Shown here piece after piece: positions 10,101 through 20,404 of a stretch of 64,000 nt of DNA (the first letter of the stretch is position 1; each line of letters opens with the position of its first letter). The notes beneath the pieces were generated by a model. The model did not search any database. It was not told the DNA's origin and saw only the letters and a program-made list of their open reading frames with translations. A program made the position numbers and the translations under genes. The stretch comes from a virus (taxonomy: Duplodnaviria > Heunggongvirae > Uroviricota > Caudoviricetes): IMG/VR virus record IMGVR_UViG_3300050821_009413, positions 17,490-81,489 of that record. One strand, 5' to 3'.

Positions 10101-13100
10101 ATGTCCATCGCCTATGACGGCACATCCGGGGCCGGCGCGTTCACCAGCGGGTTCCCTGCCGCGAACTGCACGTGGAACGACCACATCACGGGCAACTATG
10201 CGTTCGTTGTTCTGAACTATCAGGCCAGTGGCTCGCCGACACCGACGTGCACGATGGGCGGCACGTCCATGACGTTGCTGAACACCCCGCTGGTTTATGT
10301 CAGTACCAACACCATCGCGCTGTTCGGGTTGGCCAGCCCGCCGACCGGCAGCAGCGTCGCTATCGTAGGCAGTTTGGGTGGGAGCGCATTCAACATTCAG
10401 GGCGCTTCGATCTCCTATACCGGCGTGGGCAGTGTTGGTACGCCCGCAACGAACAGCAGCAACAGTTCTTCGTCGGCGTCTGATTCGGTGTCCTCGAGCA
10501 CGGGGGATCTGGCCCTGGTGGCGTTGGCCTCTAACAACGGAACTGCGGGAAATTTCACCAGCTTCAGCGGAACCAGCCGCGTCGCTTTGAACACCAGCAA
10601 CGGCGGATTCCCTGTTCTGATAGGTGACGCGGCAGGCTCGTCCACCGTGAACTTCACCGCCACAGCCCCGGCGTCCAACTTTGGTGCCGTCGCGGTGGAT
10701 GTGGCCCCGTCGGGGAGCGCAGCCTCAGGCAACGCCACCGGTAAAGGCACTTTGTCGCCAACCCCGTCAGGTGCCTACGGTGGGGCGCACCTAACGGGTA
10801 AAGGCACCTTGTCGGCGGTGGCGCACGCCACCAAATTCATTCTGACGGCCAGCCCAGCCGGTTTAGGAACGCTGTCGGCTGCAACCCAGGTTGGTAATCA
10901 GCGCACAGGATCCCTGCACGGCAAGGGCACGCTGACAACTCCCATCGAAGTCATCCTGGCACCCACCCCAATCCCCGGAACCGGGGTGCTGTCGGGGACG
11001 TTCCTGGCTATTCAGCCATCAGGTCCGCACCTCGCTGGCCAAGGTGCCCTGTCTGCTGCTGCCGCCGCGGTGCCCCAAGGTGTCGCCTTCGACGCGGTCG
11101 GTCCCGGCCTGGTCAGCGCTATCATCACCGGGGGAACCGCAACAACGCTGACGCACACCCCCGCGAAAGCCAACGCGTATGTGATTCTGGGCATCATAGG
11201 CGACGCCGGCGGACAGTCGATTTCCAGCGTCACCTACGGCGGGAACGCCATGACGTCGCTGGGCAGCGTCGCCGTCAACAACAACCCCAGCTTCTGCGGA
11301 ATCCTGTTCCTGTACGGCATCGCCAACCAGCCGGCCACCACTAAAACGATTTCCTTCACACCAGCCCAAAGCGACTACATGGTCGCCGGCACCGTCAGCT
11401 ACCAAAACGTGTCCACTGTTTCTGTGGCAACCGCGTATGGTGCCAGCACCTCACCAGCGACAGGATCAACCACCTGCAACACCGGGCAGGCCGTTGTCGG
11501 GATGCTGTGCTGGGGTTACGGCGGAGACCAGTTCGAGAACATGTCATTCTCCGGCCTGTCCGGGGGCACCAACCGGTATTCGGCTGAGCAGACCAGCTAC
11601 ACGTCCGGGTTGGCGATCAGCGACGCCACTTCCACCACCAACTTCACCGGGACGCTGAGCAGCGCCACCTACGATTATTGGGCCGCGGCTGCGTTAACGC
11701 TGACCCCGCCGATCACAGCGTTCGGGGGGCCGCGGGGCACCGGAACGCTGTCGGCCACCACTAAGCCGATCATCAAAACCACCGCCGCGCTGTCAGGAAA
11801 AGGTGCCCTCGTCAGCTTGGCTGGCCGCGGCCCCGCCTACCTGAAAGGCGTCGGAACGTTCGCGATGACTTTCAAGCAGCTGTGCAACGCTGCCGTCCCG
11901 GTCCGCGGCGTAGGAACACTGTACGCGGGGGCCGGCAAACCCAGCGCGGTGGGAACCCACGGTGTTGGGGTGCTGTCGGGAACCGCGTCCAACCCGCAGG
12001 CCGTCCAGTGGGATGCCACAGGTGCGGGGTTCAACGGTGAGCCGGCCACTGGATTCACCTTCAGTCACACCCCGAACTCGCTGGGATCCTATGTGATTTT
12101 GGCGATCGGATCAGCCAGCCCCGTCACATTGTCCAACGTCACTTACGGCGGTGCCGCCATGACGTTGCTCGGCAGCATCCTGGATGACAACAACGCGTTC
12201 TGCGGCACCATCTGGATGTACGGGATACGCGACAGCCAACACGGTGCCTTAATGGCCCAGACCGTGTCAGTGTCGATGGGTGCCCAAACGTGGATGGCGG
12301 CCAACACCGTCGGCTACTCCAACGTCACCACTGTCAGCGCCTCTGTTCCGACGAACTACGGTGAAAGCGCCACACTGTCATCGGGTGCGGTCACCTGCGG
12401 CAACAACCAGCGAATCGTCAACGCGCTAGGAATGGGATACGGCGGCAGCACCTCGGTGCTAAGTTCCCCAACAGGGGGAACGAACCGTTACCTGTGCGCC
12501 CAGAGCGGCAACGACAGCAGCGGGTTGGCGATCAGCGACTCCGGCGCTAACGCCACTTTCGGGTTGTCCGCATCCAACGCAACCACCTATTGGGCTTCTA
12601 TCACAGTGAAACTCAACGGTGGTGCCCACACGAACCCCTCCCCGTCGGGTAACGGTTCCTTGTCGGCTTTAGCGAACGACCGGACGAAGCCGCTACCCAA
12701 ACTTCCCGGCAAGGGCCAACTGTCAGGAAGCGCCCTGGTAACAAAAACTGGGGTATCACCAACACCACACGGTCAAGGAACATTAACCGCGAAAATTTCG
12801 AACCCATTCTTCGGGCTGCTGAATAAACTGGCTAACGGTCTAAACGCTAACATCCAGATTTTGGGGGACTCTACCGCGGCGGGTGTCGGCGGCTCAATTC
12901 AGGGCGGCTGGTCCGGCGCGATGGGTGTCCTGCTGGGAACCTACTTCAACTGCACTGTCACCGCGTGGGGCTGGGGCACCGGAACCCCCGGCAACGAGTA
13001 CCTCATGTTGTCGACCCTTTACACCGGGTCCACCGGAAACACGCTCACCATATACAACGGAGGCATCGGCGGCAGCACCCTGTCCCAGGAAGAGAGCGAC

Positions 13101-15029
13101 ATCACCAACGCCACCCTACTGGCCGTCCAGAACGGCTATCCAGCGCCGGACTGCGTGATCATCTACGACGGGTACAACGACATCGGGACAGCGCTTCCCG
13201 GTATCACCCCGGCGCAGTGGGTGTCCGACGTCCAAACCTACCTGAGTAACTTTGTGCTGCCGCTAGTGCCTGGTGTTCCGGTGGTGTTCTGCACGCAACA
13301 CACCGCGGTCAGTGGAATGCAAACCGTGTGGTACACCGACCAGTCGGCGGTTGCACAAATGCTGACCGGTAACGGTCTGCCGCTCACCCCAGCTTTGCAG
13401 GTGAGCAACAACAGTTCCTACCCGGACTGCTGGTCACTGGACACCCAACAAATATTCCCCGACACGCGCGTCAACATCAGCAACTACACCATCGACGGGC
13501 TGCACCCCAACAACGCCGGCTACACCCTGATCGCCGAATGGATGTTGGCGCAGCTGGCAGACGGAAACGTTGTCAACTACCAGCCGATCACACTACCCGG
13601 CACGGGCACCTTATCGGTCACCCTTATCCAGCGTGAACCGATAGGAACCGTCAACTTCCCGGGCCACGGCCAACTGCACGCATCGGCGTTCCAGTCGGTC
13701 GCGGTCAGCGCCGCCCTCACCGGAAACGGGTTGGCGCACGGTCTTACCGGGACCCGTCACCTGCTGGGCACCGGCACCCTGTCGGCGGTTGCGCACGCCA
13801 CCAAATTCGTTTTGTCCGCCGCACTGGCCGGGCACGGCGCGTCAGCTAAAGCGTCGCGCGCCGCCGGACACGCCACCGGTAAGGGCACCTTGTCTGCTGT
13901 CTTCCCGAAGGTGACCATCTTCACCGTGGACGGCACCCAAGGAATCCTCAACTGGACCACCGGGGCGGTTATCCCCATCCCCAATAACCCGCTGATTCCC
14001 ACCACGCTGCCCGCGCTGCTCAACCCGAACTTTTGCGAAGTGCAAAACATTTCCTGGGAACCCAGCTTGCCGATGGCAAACAGCATCTCCGAAGCATTCA
14101 ATTCCCTGTCGGATGCGATTGTCGCGGCGGACGGACCGTTCATGGTGGTGGGATATTCGCAGGGCGCAGCCGTCGTCAGTGAGGCCCTCAACTCTATGCA
14201 GTCCGGGGAGTTGGCACCTTACGCGTCCAGCTGCGTGGGTGGGGTCACTTTCGGGAACCTTTGCCGCCAAGAGGGCAGCGTCGCACCGGTACAAACCGAC
14301 CCAGGTGGGCATGGTGTTTGGACAAATAATCTGATCACCGACACACCATCGTGGTGGTGGGATTTCGCCCTGCCGTTGGACGCGGCCACCGCCGTTCCTG
14401 ACACTGTGTTCGGTGTCGATATCGGAACGTTCTTCGACGCTGTCGTCACAAACTTCGATGGCGGTGCCCTGATCGCGTTCTTGGCGCAAAGCTGGGTTAC
14501 CGGGCAGCTGCAAATCGACCTCACCGCGGTGCCCGATTTAACTACTTTCCTGTTCGTCCTCACCGGGGTGCTACCTGACCCGTCCGGGATGATCAGCCTC
14601 GGTCCGCACGGGAGTTACTACAATTCCGCTCCGCCTGGTGCGTCGCAGACTTGCGCGCAACTGGCCGCGAACTACATCAACGAAGCTTCCGCGGCTGCGT
14701 TGGCGGCGAAATCGTTACCCGCGAAACTTCACAGCCAGGGTGTCCTGTCGGCGACAGCATCAGGACAGGGCCTCGGAGGTGCCCCCGCGCGGGGCGCTGG
14801 AACGTTGGCGGCGACGATCAAACCTGTGTTCCAAATCTCGGCTTCGCTGACCGGGAGCGGCTCCATCGCCAGCTCTTCAGCCGGCGGTTCGCCGCCCCTG
14901 CACGGCACCGGGAAACTGTCGGCGACGACATCGGTGAAGATCAAATTCACCGTCCCGCTGGCCGGGCACGGCCAACTGGTGGCCTCAACACTTTCGTTCC
15001 CGTACACGTTCTCATTCACCCTCGGGTGA
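10101..15029 (+). CDS. Multidomain tail/virion protein with SGNH hydrolase and cutinase/LysB-like domains
   Basis: ILGDS..G..YND..DGLHPN (SGNH); TVDGT..VGYSQGA..TFGN..WWWDFA (cutinase-like); repeated GxGTLSA linkers; three related beta domains. Confidence 0.75.
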   Translation: MSIAYDGTSGAGAFTSGFPAANCTWNDHITGNYAFVVLNYQASGSPTPTCTMGGTSMTLLNTPLVYVSTNTIALFGLASPPTGSSVAIVGSLGGSAFNIQGASISYTGVGSVGTPATNSSNSSSSASDSVSSSTGDLALVALASNNGTAGNFTSFSGTSRVALNTSNGGFPVLIGDAAGSSTVNFTATAPASNFGAVAVDVAPSGSAASGNATGKGTLSPTPSGAYGGAHLTGKGTLSAVAHATKFILTASPAGLGTLSAATQVGNQRTGSLHGKGTLTTPIEVILAPTPIPGTGVLSGTFLAIQPSGPHLAGQGALSAAAAAVPQGVAFDAVGPGLVSAIITGGTATTLTHTPAKANAYVILGIIGDAGGQSISSVTYGGNAMTSLGSVAVNNNPSFCGILFLYGIANQPATTKTISFTPAQSDYMVAGTVSYQNVSTVSVATAYGASTSPATGSTTCNTGQAVVGMLCWGYGGDQFENMSFSGLSGGTNRYSAEQTSYTSGLAISDATSTTNFTGTLSSATYDYWAAAALTLTPPITAFGGPRGTGTLSATTKPIIKTTAALSGKGALVSLAGRGPAYLKGVGTFAMTFKQLCNAAVPVRGVGTLYAGAGKPSAVGTHGVGVLSGTASNPQAVQWDATGAGFNGEPATGFTFSHTPNSLGSYVILAIGSASPVTLSNVTYGGAAMTLLGSILDDNNAFCGTIWMYGIRDSQHGALMAQTVSVSMGAQTWMAANTVGYSNVTTVSASVPTNYGESATLSSGAVTCGNNQRIVNALGMGYGGSTSVLSSPTGGTNRYLCAQSGNDSSGLAISDSGANATFGLSASNATTYWASITVKLNGGAHTNPSPSGNGSLSALANDRTKPLPKLPGKGQLSGSALVTKTGVSPTPHGQGTLTAKISNPFFGLLNKLANGLNANIQILGDSTAAGVGGSIQGGWSGAMGVLLGTYFNCTVTAWGWGTGTPGNEYLMLSTLYTGSTGNTLTIYNGGIGGSTLSQEESDITNATLLAVQNGYPAPDCVIIYDGYNDIGTALPGITPAQWVSDVQTYLSNFVLPLVPGVPVVFCTQHTAVSGMQTVWYTDQSAVAQMLTGNGLPLTPALQVSNNSSYPDCWSLDTQQIFPDTRVNISNYTIDGLHPNNAGYTLIAEWMLAQLADGNVVNYQPITLPGTGTLSVTLIQREPIGTVNFPGHGQLHASAFQSVAVSAALTGNGLAHGLTGTRHLLGTGTLSAVAHATKFVLSAALAGHGASAKASRAAGHATGKGTLSAVFPKVTIFTVDGTQGILNWTTGAVIPIPNNPLIPTTLPALLNPNFCEVQNISWEPSLPMANSISEAFNSLSDAIVAADGPFMVVGYSQGAAVVSEALNSMQSGELAPYASSCVGGVTFGNLCRQEGSVAPVQTDPGGHGVWTNNLITDTPSWWWDFALPLDAATAVPDTVFGVDIGTFFDAVVTNFDGGALIAFLAQSWVTGQLQIDLTAVPDLTTFLFVLTGVLPDPSGMISLGPHGSYYNSAPPGASQTCAQLAANYINEASAAALAAKSLPAKLHSQGVLSATASGQGLGGAPARGAGTLAATIKPVFQISASLTGSGSIASSSAGGSPPLHGTGKLSATTSVKIKFTVPLAGHGQLVASTLSFPYTFSFTLG

Positions 15030-15245
15030 ATCGGCGTGGCAGAACCAATAAAACCCCCAAAAAAGGCAGACTCGACCCGTGGCCGGCAACGTTCAGATCA
15101 ACTTCGTCGCAGCCGCCGGGAACGGCGGCATACCGGTTGGTGCCGGAAAAACGCTCGGCGCGTTCCTATGGAACGGCTTCGTAGCCGGTGCCAAAGAACG
15201 ACCCACAGACCCGCCGACCAACCAATTCTTCCAGTAAGGGGAGAC

Positions 15246-15494
15246 GTGAGTTTCATGCCATCCGCCCCCGAAGGCGCGGCCCAACTATACAGCGAGTTGA
15301 AGCCCAAACCCAATGGCCGTATCGCCACCCTGGAAGCTAAAGTTGCTGAGCTGGAATCCAAGGTGGACACCATCGCCTGGTTGCACGCCGAGTTGATGCA
15401 GAAGCTGAAGATGATGCTTGCGCAGCAACTACTGGCCAACCCCGACGTTCAGGAACGCATCAAACAGGCCATCGCTTCCCAACTCGGCGGCTAG
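15246..15494 (+). CDS. Small coiled-coil protein
   Basis: RBS aaggggag; heptad-like stretch. Confidence 0.55.
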   Translation: MSFMPSAPEGAAQLYSELKPKPNGRIATLEAKVAELESKVDTIAWLHAELMQKLKMMLAQQLLANPDVQERIKQAIASQLGG

Positions 15495-15496
15495 CC

Positions 15497-15778
15497 ATGT
15501 TCCGCGACGTCAAGCAAGGCGACATAGCCTGGGGCGTGATCTTGGCCGGTGTCGTGTTTTTCGAACTGACCGCCGACGACCTGCTCAGCGAAGCCACCGA
15601 ACGGTACTGGACGAAACACCCGATACTGACCAGGGTCGTCATCGGTGCCGTCGCAGGCCACCTCGCCGGTGTTATCCCGTCAACGCTGGACCTTTTTTCC
15701 GCGGAGAACGTAGTCCACCAATGGGCAGTGGAACACTGGCCGCTGGCCAGGCCCGACCGTGCGGCTAACTGTCGCTGA
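15497..15778 (+). CDS. Small membrane protein (lysis-region type)
   Basis: Two hydrophobic helices; DLLSEATERY..HP motif seen in mycobacteriophage post-tail genes. Confidence 0.6.
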   Translation: MFRDVKQGDIAWGVILAGVVFFELTADDLLSEATERYWTKHPILTRVVIGAVAGHLAGVIPSTLDLFSAENVVHQWAVEHWPLARPDRAANCR

Positions 15779-16008
15779 AAATGTGGCCGCTCTTCACCTC
15801 ATGGGCAACGTCGTCGCCGTTGCTTTTCTGCTGGGAGTCAAAGAAGTGCAGCACGGGGCTTAGCTGTTCCAGCAACGCCCTGGCCTGGTCCTCGGTCACA
15901 GCGATCATCGTGTTCGTGCCGTCGAACCTCCGCAACACGCGGCCCGGCATTTCCACTGTCATCTCTCTAATACGCGCCGTCATCGGCGGCTCCTCTCCTA
16001 GTGGCTGG

Positions 16009-16272
16009 CTAAGAAGCCGTGTCGTGGCTGGCCTGCTCCTGATCCCGCAAGGCGAACTTAATCTGGTAGGCCCGTGACCCTGACAGCCCGGTCGCTTCCT
16101 TGATCGGCCCTACGAGGACACCTTCAGCGAACGCCCCACGAATAGCTTCGCCGAGTTCCTCCTCGGTTTCGTCCACCAGCCTACGCCTGCGCGCTAACTT
16201 TTGCGCCAGTCCGCGTAGGATCTCGGTCCAACGCTCAGTGATCGCCGGGTCCGGGCGTTTGCGTTTGGCCAT
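16009..16272 (-). CDS. Small HTH-like DNA-binding protein
   Basis: GPIKEATGLSGSRAYQIK helix-turn-helix pattern; RBS ggaggcg. Confidence 0.55.
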   Translation of the reverse strand: MAKRKRPDPAITERWTEILRGLAQKLARRRRLVDETEEELGEAIRGAFAEGVLVGPIKEATGLSGSRAYQIKFALRDQEQASHDTAS

Positions 16273-16387
16273 TTCGCCTCCGAATGTCTTGTGCTTGTCG
16301 TATCATCCTAGCAGCGCGATGGCGTTAAAGGCAGTAAGCTGGGTAACACCAAGGTGGCTGGCAGTGGGCCGGCTGGATCGGGGAATT

Positions 16388-16693
16388 ATGAGTGACTGGG
16401 ATAGTCCTGTGCCGTGTGCAAGTAACCCTGAAGCGTGGTTCGGGTACGACAGCGACCGGGGTCGCCGCACACCTGAGCAGGTCAGGGACATCGAGCGGGC
16501 TAAGCTGCTGTGCACGCGGGAATGCCCGCTGTCCAGGCAGCGGCAGTGCGCCCGCGATGCGCTGGCCAACGACGAACGTTACGGTATTTGGGCTGGGGTT
16601 GAGTTAGTGATCCGTAAGACAACATCAGCGAAGGAGATGCACAGCCTCCTGCGGGTGGGCCGTGAGCAGCTGAGGGCGATCGCCGCGGGGTAA
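16388..16693 (+). CDS. whiB: WhiB-family transcription factor
   Basis: Four Cys (C..NPEAWF..AKLLC..CP..QC) and YGIWAG signature. Confidence 0.9.
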   Translation: MSDWDSPVPCASNPEAWFGYDSDRGRRTPEQVRDIERAKLLCTRECPLSRQRQCARDALANDERYGIWAGVELVIRKTTSAKEMHSLLRVGREQLRAIAAG

Positions 16694-16734
16694 TAGGGTC
16701 GTCGCCACGGCCTTACCCGGGATAAGTTTCCTAT

Positions 16735-17118
16735 ATGGCCGATATTCCAGCGATGACCCCCGCAGAAATGCAGGTCACAAAAGAATATCTCGGGCTAAAC
16801 ACCAAGTGGATGGCCCGCCGTCTCGTCCTGGACGAACGCAGGCTGCGACGCATGGAAGCCGGATCGGAAGAGATCCCGCAGTTCATTGTGACGTTCCTCG
16901 ATGACGTGTACGCGGAAACTAAGCAGCTCGTGGAAGACATGACCGCCGAGTACCGCCGCAAAGTCAAAGGCAGCGACGGGTACGGGGTCATCACCATGAA
17001 AACATACCGCACCGACGGGGCGTACGCAGCCGCCGGCGGCTACTACCCGTCTTCCTGGCATCGCAGGGTGTCCGGTCGCGTCCAAGCCGCCGTACCAGGC
17101 TTGGTGCTAATCAACTAG
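16735..17118 (+). CDS. YdiL/DUF1870(Aca2)-like HTH protein
   Basis: MTPAEMQ..EYLGL..WMARRL..RRMEAG..IP pattern. Confidence 0.6.
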   Translation: MADIPAMTPAEMQVTKEYLGLNTKWMARRLVLDERRLRRMEAGSEEIPQFIVTFLDDVYAETKQLVEDMTAEYRRKVKGSDGYGVITMKTYRTDGAYAAAGGYYPSSWHRRVSGRVQAAVPGLVLIN

Positions 17119-17297
17119 TTCTTGCTGCTTCGGGCCAGGCACGGGACCTTGCGGGCACGTCCTGTCATCGGATTGATGCAAGTCGACCAGGGCTCTGCAC
17201 CACACGAACACGGCTGGTCGATGACGGCGTTGTAGGACGGCGGCCATTGCACCGGGGCGAGCGCGCCCACGGTGTCCAGATATGCTTCGGAGTCCAT
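17115..17297 (-). CDS. Small Cys-rich zinc-finger protein
   Basis: C.CGA..C.NP..P.C..R motif. Confidence 0.55.
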   Translation of the reverse strand: MDSEAYLDTVGALAPVQWPPSYNAVIDQPCSCGAEPWSTCINPMTGRARKVPCLARSSKN

Positions 17298-17402
17298 GCG
17301 TCAAGTATGACACGCGGCGTGTCAGAGTGGACATTTCGTTGCGGTGATGCCCTCAGCGTGTCCTGCCGGCGAAATACAGCCAGCGCGGTAGCGTTCGCAA
17401 CC

Positions 17403-17693
17403 ATGCCGGATATGCCATCAGAGCTGCGCACCGCGTTCGAACAGATGACCGAAAAACTCACCGACGAAATGTTCAACTCTTGGACGCGTGGGGTTTGTGA
17501 CGGGTTGGAGTTCGCCGCTCGGCTGATCGAACGTGTGCTAGGTGATCTCGGCGACGCCGAGGCGTCGGCGCGGGAAATTCTGCTTCCTTTAGCTTTGTCG
17601 CTTCGCCACACCGAGATGGCTGTCTTGGTGGACGGTTTAGATGCCGCGAAAAACATCGGGGATGAGGCCGAGGATGCCGGCGAAGTTCGTTGA
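17403..17693 (+). CDS. Hypothetical protein
   Basis: ORF with phage-like codon use; start uncertain. Confidence 0.45.
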   Translation: MPDMPSELRTAFEQMTEKLTDEMFNSWTRGVCDGLEFAARLIERVLGDLGDAEASAREILLPLALSLRHTEMAVLVDGLDAAKNIGDEAEDAGEVR

Positions 17694-18234
17694 GCAGCGG
17701 GAAGTCCCGGTCAATGACCTAAAGGCGCACCCGCAGAATCCGAACCGGGGATCGGTTCCGGATATCGCTGCGAGTTTGCGCCAGTTCGGGCAGTACCGGT
17801 CGGTGGTCGCCACCCAAGATTTGACGATTTTGGCTGGCCATCATGTTGTTGAAGCGGCGAAGGGGCTGGGCCTTAAGTCGGTGCGCGTGGACATCATTGA
17901 GGCTGACGCGCAGACCGCGCAGAAGATTCTGTTGGCCGACAACAGGCTGGCCGATCTAGGCCTTGGCCCAGACCTGGAGTTGTTGCTTAAAAATCTGGAA
18001 GATCTGGCCGGCGACCTTGAGGGCACCGGGTTCGACGCCGACTATGTGAAGCTTCTCGAGGACGCCGTCTCTGGTGTGGGCGAGAAAGAACAACCAGAGG
18101 AGCCCGGCGAGGGCGACGGGCTGGGTCTTAAACGGATCAGCTTACTTCTGGACACTAGGTTGGCCGATCATTGGGAGGCTCACCGGAAACTGTTCCCCGA
18201 TGATACTTCTGCTTTCGGATATTTACTTGACTAA
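17674..18234 (+). CDS. ParB/Srx N-terminal domain protein
   Basis: HPQNPN.G..IAASLRQFGQ..ILAGHH..AAK.LG..LADNR. Confidence 0.8.
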   Translation: MPAKFVEQREVPVNDLKAHPQNPNRGSVPDIAASLRQFGQYRSVVATQDLTILAGHHVVEAAKGLGLKSVRVDIIEADAQTAQKILLADNRLADLGLGPDLELLLKNLEDLAGDLEGTGFDADYVKLLEDAVSGVGEKEQPEEPGEGDGLGLKRISLLLDTRLADHWEAHRKLFPDDTSAFGYLLD

Positions 18235-18243
18235 GGAAAAAGC

Positions 18244-18723
18244 ATGACTGAGCCAGGTAATCTGCCCGCTAACTGGACGGCGGGCGGGGTGTTCACGGCT
18301 GCCGCGGAGAACGCCGTGGAAACGGCTATCAACTGGCTGCTGGGAGTGTTCAACGGCGCAACAACGGGGCAGACGTTAACTAATCCGACTATCGCCGGAT
18401 ACACCGAAGCTGTGACAGCGGTCGGGACGGTCACCACTTCCTCCACGCTCAGCGTTTCCTCTGGCACACTGCTTACGGCAACCCTGACCGCGTCGACAGC
18501 GTGTACGTTCACGATGCCCACCCCGACGGCGGGGAAGTCGTTCACGCTGCTGCTGAAGCAGCCGGCCAGCACCGGAAACGGCACCGCGACCTTCGCTGGG
18601 GTCAAGTGGCCCGGCGGGGTTGCCCCCACCATCACGCCCACTGCCGGGGAGATGGATATTCTGAGTTTCTGCTCCGACGGTACTGACTGGTTCGGCTCTT
18701 ACGCCCAGGGCTACACCTATTAA
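18244..18723 (+). CDS. Putative virion/structural protein
   Basis: LPANWTAG start like 8543..9424; VKWPGG..PT.T..DILSF..DGT.W motif. Confidence 0.55.
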   Translation: MTEPGNLPANWTAGGVFTAAAENAVETAINWLLGVFNGATTGQTLTNPTIAGYTEAVTAVGTVTTSSTLSVSSGTLLTATLTASTACTFTMPTPTAGKSFTLLLKQPASTGNGTATFAGVKWPGGVAPTITPTAGEMDILSFCSDGTDWFGSYAQGYTY

Positions 18724-18734
18724 TCGGGGGTAAT

Positions 18735-19466
18735 ATGTTCGCCAGTCGCGGTCAAGCTTTTTCGTCGGTGAGTGCGCCTATCACGCAGTATTCAGATCTT
18801 CTTCTAGCGTTTCTGGATAACACTTTCATTAACCCGGCTACAACGTTTTTGCCGGAGCTTCAGACAGCATCAACTCCTTACGGTCCTGGGTTTCAGTTTT
18901 CTGTTTCCGACACCGCTGATGTGACGCTGTGGGATTCCACATTGAAGGCTGTTCTTGTTAAGGTGAAAACGGCGGGTACCAAGAATGTTGTGATGAATAA
19001 GACTCAGCTGTGGAATTTCTACATCTATCTGCCCAGCCAGAGCCTCGTCACTTCATGGAATGGTGGCACGCTGTGGGAGTTCCACACCCCGTTCAACGCC
19101 AGCGGGCACACCCTTGAGCTGGACAACACTGGGCGCGGCCCAACCACCCCGTCGTTTCGGTTCGGGTTTGAGACCGCCGGCGGTGCCAGCTACACCTACG
19201 CCTACAATTGGGCACCGCTAACGTTCAACACGTGGCACCACGTCACCATATATGTGAGGTGGTCCACCGGCGCTGACGGGTTCTACCAGGCGTGGCTGGA
19301 CGGCACCCGCTACATGAACCGTACTGGGGCGACCGTGTACACGGCAGATAACGGCACCCCGTTTTTGCAGTTCGGCCTGTACGCGGACATCGGTTCGCAG
19401 CAGAATCCTGTGGTCCCCGACGCGGGTACCAACCAAATCACCTACGGTGGCATCACTTTGCGGTAA
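18735..19466 (+). CDS. Polysaccharide lyase/ConA-like beta-jelly-roll protein
   Basis: WEFH..FNTWHH.TI.VRWS..DGFYQ.WLDG..FLQFGLY; paralog of C-terminus of 44820..46184. Confidence 0.6.
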   Translation: MFASRGQAFSSVSAPITQYSDLLLAFLDNTFINPATTFLPELQTASTPYGPGFQFSVSDTADVTLWDSTLKAVLVKVKTAGTKNVVMNKTQLWNFYIYLPSQSLVTSWNGGTLWEFHTPFNASGHTLELDNTGRGPTTPSFRFGFETAGGASYTYAYNWAPLTFNTWHHVTIYVRWSTGADGFYQAWLDGTRYMNRTGATVYTADNGTPFLQFGLYADIGSQQNPVVPDAGTNQITYGGITLR

Positions 19467-19475
19467 AGAGGAGCA

Positions 19476-20243
19476 ATGGAAATTGATCAGACTTTCGAAG
19501 AGTTCGCCGCCGCGGCGGAGAAGGAAGAGATCGCGAAGCAGGTCGCAGCCAACTCTGTGAGCTTCGTGGAGCATCAGTCCCGCGCGTGGTCGGAGTTGCA
19601 GAAATGGTGGGCTGAGGCCCAGGGCTTCGGGAAGCCACCGGAAACGGCGAACGGCCCGGGGAGCACGGTTGAGGCGACGGAGGCTATCCGGGAATGGCTG
19701 CCCGGTTTATTCGTCCGGTACGACATCCGAACTATGTTGGACGCTCCGTGCGGGGATTGGAATTGGATGCGGCTGGTAGACCTGGATTACCTGAACGAAT
19801 ACACAGGCTGGGATACCGACACGAATATGGTGCTGAAATGCCAGCATCGGCTCGAAGAGGGAGACCATGGGGGGAGTTTCACGCCGGACGCCATCTTTGA
19901 GCGCGTCAACATTCTGACGGTCCCCGAGATTCCGGCCTACGACCTGATCTTGTCCCGCGATTTCCTGGCCCATCTGCCCAACGAGCCGATCCGGGGCGTG
20001 CTGAACAAGTTCAAAACCTCAGGCAGCCGGTTCCTGCTGGCCTCCCATTACCCGGACGCCGACAACGAGTTCGTCTACAAACCGCAGGACTTCACATATT
20101 TTGGGTATGCGGAACGTCCGGTGAATCTAGAGAAATCGCCGTTCAATCTCACGAAGCGTGAATCCCGGGGCGAAGCTCAGGGTCCCGGTGGTGTGATCAG
20201 CCAGCCGCACGAGCTTGCGCTGTTCGAGTTGAACATGCCGTAA
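19476..20243 (+). CDS. Class I SAM-dependent methyltransferase
   Basis: MLDAPCGD..YTG.D..DLILSRDFL.HL; paralog of 31327..31989. Confidence 0.75.
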   Translation: MEIDQTFEEFAAAAEKEEIAKQVAANSVSFVEHQSRAWSELQKWWAEAQGFGKPPETANGPGSTVEATEAIREWLPGLFVRYDIRTMLDAPCGDWNWMRLVDLDYLNEYTGWDTDTNMVLKCQHRLEEGDHGGSFTPDAIFERVNILTVPEIPAYDLILSRDFLAHLPNEPIRGVLNKFKTSGSRFLLASHYPDADNEFVYKPQDFTYFGYAERPVNLEKSPFNLTKRESRGEAQGPGGVISQPHELALFELNMP

Positions 20244-20245
20244 AC

Positions 20246-20297
20246 GCCGGGGCGGCGGGTGGGAGTTGGGCATCGCACACATCATGGCCGCCCCGGC
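20246..20297 (-). ncRNA. TIGR-like dual-guide hairpin (solo)
   Basis: Minus strand: GCCGGGGCGG-CCA-TGATGTGTG-CG-ATGC-CCA-ACTCCCACC-CG-CCGCCCCGGC. Confidence 0.75.
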
Positions 20298-20404
20298 TCT
20301 TTCTAGAGTACCGTTGTTGCGCCCACAGGTCACCCCCGGCTTTACTGAAATCGAACAGGTCGAAGATCACCCATTCGGCCAGGTCCAACGGCCACGTCGG
20401 GAGC

